DNA of 63,203 nt, the filler included. It is 6 parts of 6 records of this genome, joined end to end, with 100 filler letters (N's around TTAATTAATTAA, not from the genome) between each part and the next. Parts side by side here need not be neighbours in the genome. Positions count along the whole stretch, not along the records: positions 48,632 to 63,203 come from SRR31156797_13963; 5 more parts are not named here. The stretch is one strand, 5' to 3'. The position numbers and the translations under genes are program-made. Shown one piece after another: positions 56,864 through 63,203 of the stretch; positions within the stretch are counted from its first letter, which is position 1; each line of letters starts with the position of its first letter. The notes beneath the pieces are model-generated. The model worked only from the letters and a program-made list of their open reading frames with translations, ran no database searches and had not been told where the DNA came from.

Positions 56864-59137
56864 ATGAAGATGATGAGAAAAACAGGAATATTCTTTTTAT
56901 GGTTGATTTGTAATTGTGTTGGAGGACAGACGATTGCGTATAAATATCAGCGTAGTGAAGATTTTAAACGCTTGGTAAAGGATAAAGTACTCCATGGCTA
57001 TTTTGTACCTCATTGGTTTTCTGAAACCAATAGATTTTGGTATTCAGTGGAAACCCGCGAAGGTGAAAAGTTTTATGTTGTAGATGCCGATAGAAATAAA
57101 AAGAAGGAAGTTCTAAGCGTAAATACTTTACTTAAAAAGCTAAAAGAATTTACGCAGCACTCTGTAAACAAAGAAGAGCTTAGAAATATAACGATTAATG
57201 AAAGCTTAAAAAGCAGCCATTTTATTTACGAAGGTTATAATTGGACTTGCCAAATCCCATCATATAAATTAGAAAAACAGGATTTATATAAGGAGAAAGA
57301 ACCTTATAAATGGACAATGGCACAAGCAGATCAATTGAGTGGAGGGCCAGTGAAATCTCCTGATGGAAAATGGTTGGGATATATTAAAAATTATAATCTT
57401 TTTGTAAAGGATTTGAGTTCAGACAAGGAGATTCAGATCAGTTTTGATGGCGGGTTAGGTCTATTTTACTCATCCTTTTTACAATGGTCGCCCGATTCAA
57501 AAAAAATAATGACATGTTTGGTTCAACCGGCTGAAAAGCACTTTGTCAACTATATCGAAAGTTCACCTAAAGGTCAATTGCAACCGGTTTACTCATCTAT
57601 TGAGTATTACAAGCCGGGAGATGCTTTACCTCAGTTTTATCCTACCATTTTTAATGTGGAGCAAAAAACAAAGGTAGCAAGTTGTCGGGAATTAATACCG
57701 AATCAATACGGCATAGAATACATAAGGTGGGATGATGAAAGTGAGTACATCACGTTTGAATACAATAAAAGAGGTCATCAGTCTTATCAGGTGATAAAAC
57801 TGGATGCGCAAAACGGAAAAAGTCAGGTTGTTATTAATGAGCATTCTAATACTTTTATAGATTATAGTAGTAAACACTATAGATATGATGTTAATAGTGA
57901 GAATGAAATAATCTGGGCTTCTGAGCGCGATGGATGGAATCACTTATATCTGTACGATAGTCAAATTGGCCAGGTAAAAAATCAAATTACCAAAGGAGAA
58001 TGGGTGGTAAGAAATGTAATTCGTGTTGATGAAAAAAAACGTAATATCATTTTTGCAGCAAGTGGAAAAGAACAAGGTGATCCATACTATTTATATTATT
58101 ATTCTATCAATTTTGATGGATCCGGTTTAAAGTTATTGACTGAAGGAAATGGAAATCATCGCGTAAGTTTTTCTTCCGATTTTCGTTTTATGGTTGATTC
58201 CTGGTCAAGAGTGGATATGGCTCCGGTTACGGTTCTTCGTGAAGTATCTACTGGAAATCACTTGATGACTTTGGAAAAAGCAGATATTTCTAACCTTTTA
58301 AGTATTGGATGGACTAAACCTGAAGTTTTTAAAGCCAAAGGAAGAGATGGCAAAACGGATATTTGGGGAATGATTTTAAAGCCCTCTAATTTCGACTCCA
58401 CTAAAACCTATCCGGTGATTGAATATATTTATGCCGGACCGCATAGCAATCATGTACCAAAGGATTTTAGATCATACTATAACCGTTGTAGACAAAGCTT
58501 AACAGAGTTGGGTTTTATAGTGGTAATGATTGATGGAATGGGAACTTCTAATCGTTCCAAAGCATTTCATGATGTGTGTTTTAAAAATCTAAAAGATGCC
58601 GGTTTTCCGGATCGGATTAAGTGGATAAAATCGGCAGCTAAGGAACGTCCATACATGGATATAAGTAAGGTCGGTATTTATGGAAAATCAGCTGGAGGAC
58701 AAAATTCTACCGGCGCAGTGTTATTTTATCCAGACTTTTATAAAGTAGCAGTCTCTGTTTGTGGTTGCCATGATAACCGCATGGATAAAATTTGGTGGAA
58801 CGAGCAATGGATGGGATGGCCGATCGGAAAGGAATATGCGGAATGTTCTAATGTAGATAATGCTTATCGCTTAAAAGGAGATTTGTTTTTAATTACTGGA
58901 GAAATGGATCAGAATGTTGATCCTGCATCTACTTATCAGGTGGTAGATGCTTTAATCAAAGCTAATAAAGACTTTGATTTACTGACTTTACCAGGTAAAG
59001 GTCACGAATGGGGTGGTGAATATGGAGAGCGAAGAATTTGCAACTATTTTGTGGATAAGATACTATCAGAAAAGTCACCACATATTAATCAAATGGATTT
59101 CGGAAGATCCTTAATTCAAACTGATATCGATAGATAA
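56864..59137 (+). CDS. S9B dipeptidyl peptidase IV-like serine peptidase
   Basis: SERDGWNHLY, YIYAGP, GIYGKSAGG nucleophile elbow, GEMDQNV, GKGH. Confidence 0.9.
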   Translation: MKMMRKTGIFFLWLICNCVGGQTIAYKYQRSEDFKRLVKDKVLHGYFVPHWFSETNRFWYSVETREGEKFYVVDADRNKKKEVLSVNTLLKKLKEFTQHSVNKEELRNITINESLKSSHFIYEGYNWTCQIPSYKLEKQDLYKEKEPYKWTMAQADQLSGGPVKSPDGKWLGYIKNYNLFVKDLSSDKEIQISFDGGLGLFYSSFLQWSPDSKKIMTCLVQPAEKHFVNYIESSPKGQLQPVYSSIEYYKPGDALPQFYPTIFNVEQKTKVASCRELIPNQYGIEYIRWDDESEYITFEYNKRGHQSYQVIKLDAQNGKSQVVINEHSNTFIDYSSKHYRYDVNSENEIIWASERDGWNHLYLYDSQIGQVKNQITKGEWVVRNVIRVDEKKRNIIFAASGKEQGDPYYLYYYSINFDGSGLKLLTEGNGNHRVSFSSDFRFMVDSWSRVDMAPVTVLREVSTGNHLMTLEKADISNLLSIGWTKPEVFKAKGRDGKTDIWGMILKPSNFDSTKTYPVIEYIYAGPHSNHVPKDFRSYYNRCRQSLTELGFIVVMIDGMGTSNRSKAFHDVCFKNLKDAGFPDRIKWIKSAAKERPYMDISKVGIYGKSAGGQNSTGAVLFYPDFYKVAVSVCGCHDNRMDKIWWNEQWMGWPIGKEYAECSNVDNAYRLKGDLFLITGEMDQNVDPASTYQVVDALIKANKDFDLLTLPGKGHEWGGEYGERRICNYFVDKILSEKSPHINQMDFGRSLIQTDIDR

Positions 59138-59155
59138 AAATTAATTTATAAAGCT

Positions 59156-60535
59156 ATGTATGTAAATAGAGTATTTGTATTTCTATTGTTTGTCTCTTGC
59201 GGCATTCTTCCTTATTCTTGTGTCGAAAAAGGAACAAAATCCACAACTGTTTCATCACTTCCAGAAAAGGAGTTATTGTTGCCAGATACAATTTGGATGG
59301 TACCTGATAATAATAATTTTAATATCGATACCTGTGAATATGCTTACTCACGGTCTTTACAATCAGAAAATCTAGCTTTATTCTGGCATCGTGATTATGG
59401 TGTAGATCCAATGATGAATCCTGATACAATACAACGTTTTGATCCGAAAAGAGCCATATTGGAATGTGAACGTTTTTATAAGTATTATGTAGATGAGCTA
59501 AAATTAGTTACTAAAGGAGCTTCTTTAACTGATAAATACAAGCTGCTCATATTTGTAATAGGAGGAGATGAGCATACGGCATTTGGAGGAGGAGCTGATG
59601 AAAAAGTAGGTGTGCTCTGGACTCCAGCGGTAAGAATTAGCCAGGAACCTTTTGGTGCTTTGGCACATGAAATGGGACATAGTTTTCAGTACTTAAGTGA
59701 AATGGATTATGGAACAGGTCCCAAAGGACCTATTATGGAGATGTCGGCACAGTACATGCTTTGGCAGGTATATCCGGAATGGATGACCTTTGAAAATTAT
59801 CATCTGGAGGCCTTTTTAAAGAAAACCCATTTTGCCTTTCTACATCCGCAAAATATGTATCATTCTCCTTATGTATTGGAGTATTGGTCCCAAAAGCATG
59901 GAAAAGATTTCTTTGGTAGGTTAAGTCATGAAACAAAAGAGGGAGAAGATCCTGTAACTACTTATAAAAGAATAACTGGCATTACGCAAGAACAATTTAA
60001 CGATGAGATATTTGATGCTTGCAGAAGGTTTGTTACCTGGGATTTACCAAGGGTAGAAGAAGTGGCTAAGCCTTATCGAAATATGCATCGAACTAAGTTA
60101 ATTGATGAAGGAAATAATAGGTATAGGGTAGATTCTTTAAACTGCCCTCAGAATTATGGATACAACGGAATTCAGCTAGAAGTACCGGAAGCAGGAACTC
60201 AAATTGAAGTAGATTTTGAAGGGGAAGCTAATGCTGAAGGTTACTCAAGCGTAAATGTAGATAAGGCAGGTTGGCGATATGGCTTCGTGGCTTATTTAAA
60301 AAATGGTAAACGCGTTTACAGTAAGATGTATAAGGACAAAAGTGGAAAAGTATCTTTTAAAGTTCCGGAAGAAACAACTTTTTTATGGTTCGTTATTAGT
60401 GGTGCACCTACTGAGCATTGGCCAATAGTGTTTAACTGGGGAGCACCCCAAACGGATAATCATAAAGAAGAACAATGGGCTTATAAATTTCAGTTATTTG
60501 GAACTAGTATTGTAAAAAGCTCGTTACCATCATAA
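59156..60535 (+). CDS. Putative lipoprotein with an HEXXH zinc motif (DUF6055-like)
   Basis: N-terminal hydrophobic segment with Cys; AHEMGHSFQ and downstream IMEMSAQ; PQNYGYN. Confidence 0.65.
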   Translation: MYVNRVFVFLLFVSCGILPYSCVEKGTKSTTVSSLPEKELLLPDTIWMVPDNNNFNIDTCEYAYSRSLQSENLALFWHRDYGVDPMMNPDTIQRFDPKRAILECERFYKYYVDELKLVTKGASLTDKYKLLIFVIGGDEHTAFGGGADEKVGVLWTPAVRISQEPFGALAHEMGHSFQYLSEMDYGTGPKGPIMEMSAQYMLWQVYPEWMTFENYHLEAFLKKTHFAFLHPQNMYHSPYVLEYWSQKHGKDFFGRLSHETKEGEDPVTTYKRITGITQEQFNDEIFDACRRFVTWDLPRVEEVAKPYRNMHRTKLIDEGNNRYRVDSLNCPQNYGYNGIQLEVPEAGTQIEVDFEGEANAEGYSSVNVDKAGWRYGFVAYLKNGKRVYSKMYKDKSGKVSFKVPEETTFLWFVISGAPTEHWPIVFNWGAPQTDNHKEEQWAYKFQLFGTSIVKSSLPS

Positions 60536-60651
60536 TAAAATTGCATATTAAACATTTGTATGTATTAATTCATCATTTGATGTAGTGCTTTTTTAAGTTT
60601 GTATGCAATTTTGAACATGTATTTAACGTGTAAATTTTAAATTAAAAAGTA

Positions 60652-63051
60652 ATGAAGAAAATAATCTATTTCATTGTTGGACTTTTTGCGATTTCAGCAC
60701 ATGGACAGAAAAAAGAGGATGGAGGATATCCGATATCACCAGTACCTTTTACCTCTGTAAAAGTCAATGATACATTTTGGGGACAAAGGTTAAGGGCAAG
60801 TCGCGAAGTGACTATTCCTTTGGCTTTTAGTAAGTGTGAAGAAACAGGTCGTTATGAGAATTTTATTAAGGCAGCTAATCCTAGTGATACAATCGAGGTA
60901 AAAGGCTTGTCTTTTGATGATACCGATGTGTATAAAACCATTGAAGGAGCTAGTTATTCAATGCAAACTTACCCAGATGCTAAGCTGGATAAATATATAG
61001 ATAGTATTCTTACCATTGTAGCAGCTGCTCAGGAACCTGATGGATATTTATATACCAGTCGTACCATGAATCCAAAGCATCCGCACGAATGGGCAGGATC
61101 TAAAAGATGGGAAAAAGAAGAAGACTTAAGTCATGAGCTATATAACCTGGGGCATATGTTAGAGGGAGCTATAGCGCACTATCAGGCTACAGGTAAAACT
61201 AATTTCCTTGATATTGCAAAAGCATATGCAGATTGTGCAGTGCGTGAGGTAGGCGATAAACCGGGACAGGCTTGCGTAGTTCCTGGACACCAGATTCCGG
61301 AAATGGCATTGGCTAAACTATATGTACTTACCGGAGAGCATAAGTATCTTGATTTAGCTAAGTTTTTGCTGGATAAAAGAGGTAAAACAACAATTAAAAC
61401 TGAGTATAGCCAATCTCATAAGCCAGTAGTTGAGCAGGATGAGGCTGTAGGTCATGCTGTAAGAGCAGCTTATATGTATTCAGGTATGGCAGATGTAGCT
61501 GCACTTACCGGAGATTCTTCATACATTAAAGCGATAGATGGAATATGGGACAATATTGTGAATAAAAAATTATACATCACAGGAGGTATTGGAGCAACAA
61601 ACCATGGCGAAGCTTTTGGTAAAAATTATGAATTGCCAAATATGTCAGCTTATTGCGAAACATGCGCAGCTATTGGTAATGTATATCTGAATTATCGCCT
61701 GTTTTTACTACATGGAGAATCAAAGTACTACGATGTATTGGAACGTACTTTATATAATGGATTAATTAGTGGAGTGTCGTTAGAAGGTGATGGATTCTTT
61801 TATCCAAATCCACTGGAATCCATTGGTCAGCACCAACGTCAGGCATGGTTTGGATGTGCTTGTTGTCCTTCAAACGTATGTCGTTTTATTCCATCTGTAC
61901 CGGGATATATTTATGCGGTTCATGAAAAAGATGTATACGTCAACTTATTTATGTCGAATAAATCAGAAATTAATGTGGAGAACGCTAAGGTAGCCTTAAC
62001 GCAAACTACAAATTATCCTTGGAGTGGAGATGTTGAGTTAAAAGTTGAACCTAAAAAGAAGCAAAAGTTCAACCTAAAAGTGCGTGTTCCGGGTTGGGTT
62101 CTTGGTGATGTAGTGCCGGGAGATCTTTATTCTTATACAGATAAAAAGAAATTATCCTATAGTGTAAAAGTGAATGGGGAAGCAGTTGAAGCTAAACTCG
62201 ATAAGGGTTATTTTACTGTATCTCGTAGCTGGAAAAAGGGAGATAAGGTAAGCGTTCATTTTGATATGGAAGTGCGAACAGTTAAAGCACATCCTAATGT
62301 AGAAGCTGATCGTGGTAAAGTATCTATAGAGCGTGGTCCAATTGTTTACTGTGCTGAATGGCCTGACAATGATTTCAGTGTACTGAGCCCTGTTTTATCT
62401 AAAAAACCTGAATTCAAGGTGGTAGATAAACCAGATATGCTATATGGAATTAAAATGATTCAAACTGATGCTCAATTATTAGCTTATAATGATGCCGGAA
62501 TGATTGAAGTAAATACTGTAAAGTTGAATATGATCCCATATTATGCCTGGGCACATAGAGGAAGCGGTGAAATGGCAGTTTGGTTATCTAATGATTTGAG
62601 CTCAAGTCGTCCGGTACAACCACCAACCATTGCTTCTGAAAGTAAAGTAGATGCATCTCATAAAACAAAAGCATTATCAGCAATTAATGATGGATTGCTT
62701 CCTAAAGATGAACATGACAGGAGTGTACCATATTATCACTGGTGGCCTAAACAAGCAAGTACAGAATGGCTTTCGTATGAATTTGCCAAGCCACAAAGAG
62801 TTTCCAGTGCTTCTATCTTCTGGTATGATGATGCACCTTGGGGTGGATGTAGAATTCCTCAGTCATGGAAAATTTATTATAAAGATGATGCCGGAAATTG
62901 GTTGCCAGTTGAAAATGAATCGGAGTATGAAATAAAAAAAGGCAGATTAAATGAAGTCAGCTTTAAGTCTGTAACTACATCTGCGTTAAAGCTTGAAGTT
63001 GTTCTGCCAAAAGAAAATGCAGCAGGTCTTTTTGAATGGCAGGTAGAGTAG
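60652..63051 (+). CDS. Glycoside hydrolase family 127, beta-L-arabinofuranosidase, with a C-terminal beta-sandwich domain
   Basis: HELYNLGH, GHAVRA, GEAFG, YCETCAAIG, WFGCACCP (Zn-Cys3 site), RGPIVYC, IPYYAW. Confidence 0.93.
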   Translation: MKKIIYFIVGLFAISAHGQKKEDGGYPISPVPFTSVKVNDTFWGQRLRASREVTIPLAFSKCEETGRYENFIKAANPSDTIEVKGLSFDDTDVYKTIEGASYSMQTYPDAKLDKYIDSILTIVAAAQEPDGYLYTSRTMNPKHPHEWAGSKRWEKEEDLSHELYNLGHMLEGAIAHYQATGKTNFLDIAKAYADCAVREVGDKPGQACVVPGHQIPEMALAKLYVLTGEHKYLDLAKFLLDKRGKTTIKTEYSQSHKPVVEQDEAVGHAVRAAYMYSGMADVAALTGDSSYIKAIDGIWDNIVNKKLYITGGIGATNHGEAFGKNYELPNMSAYCETCAAIGNVYLNYRLFLLHGESKYYDVLERTLYNGLISGVSLEGDGFFYPNPLESIGQHQRQAWFGCACCPSNVCRFIPSVPGYIYAVHEKDVYVNLFMSNKSEINVENAKVALTQTTNYPWSGDVELKVEPKKKQKFNLKVRVPGWVLGDVVPGDLYSYTDKKKLSYSVKVNGEAVEAKLDKGYFTVSRSWKKGDKVSVHFDMEVRTVKAHPNVEADRGKVSIERGPIVYCAEWPDNDFSVLSPVLSKKPEFKVVDKPDMLYGIKMIQTDAQLLAYNDAGMIEVNTVKLNMIPYYAWAHRGSGEMAVWLSNDLSSSRPVQPPTIASESKVDASHKTKALSAINDGLLPKDEHDRSVPYYHWWPKQASTEWLSYEFAKPQRVSSASIFWYDDAPWGGCRIPQSWKIYYKDDAGNWLPVENESEYEIKKGRLNEVSFKSVTTSALKLEVVLPKENAAGLFEWQVE

Positions 63052-63091
63052 TTTTCTACTAATAAAATATTTTCTATCATTATCATATCTG

Positions 63092-63138
63092 ATCTCCTTT
63101 TCGTTCGTAGTTATTATGATTCGAAAAGGAGATTTTTA
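63092..63138 (+). terminator. Intrinsic terminator after the GH127 gene
   Basis: ATCTCCTTTTCG-N18-CGAAAAGGAGAT followed by a T-run. Confidence 0.7.
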
Positions 63139-63203
63139 TTGCATTTATTAAAGGTTTATTCCTCTCAATTAATCCCGGATTATGTATTAGAACATCGTTA
63201 TGA

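Noticed and set aside
60537-60612. 11-bp inverted repeat AAAATTGCATA/TATGCAATTTT as an invertible promoter
   Set aside because: Short, AT-rich, inside an operon and with no recombinase nearby; more likely an mRNA stem or chance.

Overview
This window is not one locus. It is six unrelated contigs joined by identical 100-bp linkers (44 N + TTAATTAATTAA + 44 N) at 12864-12963, 27256-27355, 33295-33394, 40227-40326 and 48532-48631. Contig 1 (1-12863, GC-rich, possibly spirochaetal): D-lactate dehydrogenase, two NSS amino-acid symporters with a 32-aa MetS-type small subunit, an EAL protein and an iorA-iorB-paaK-paaK-ACT-thioesterase operon. Contig 2 (12964-27255, Desulfobacterales-like): adenosine deaminase-family gene, Fe-S protein, lldG/lldH with a divergent FadR-family regulator, a cobalamin-riboswitch-led btuB / BtuF-CbiZ fusion / cbiK cluster, FKBP PPIase, a CYTH pseudogene and sigma54-driven glnA (partial). 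Contig 3 (27356-33294): yqeB, a RAYT/HUH transposase bounded by 14-bp inverted repeats, a motif-degenerate TrpD paralogue and a HADH-ECH fusion. Contig 4 (33395-40226): a type I secretion operon with three tandem PrtD-like ABC transporters (one with a degenerate NBD) plus HlyD. Contig 5 (40327-48531): LolA-like and beta-barrel genes, a decayed toxin-antitoxin/diguanylate cyclase region, a DHH phosphoesterase, an OCD-family enzyme and RpiR. Contig 6 (48632-63203, AT-rich Bacteroidota): HTCS plus GH97, Xaa-Pro aminopeptidase, DPP-IV-like peptidase, HEXXH lipoprotein and GH127. Best novelty candidates: (i) a two-hairpin RNA-like motif with compensatory changes, found three times in contig 1 directly upstream of the Shine-Dalgarno sites of amino-acid-related genes; (ii) the triple-ABC T1SS; (iii) an exported BtuF-CbiZ fusion; (iv) a putative hydroxyproline-rich glycoprotein utilisation locus; (v) the inverted-repeat-bounded RAYT. 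Taxonomic and family calls come from motif recognition by eye; no database searches were run.
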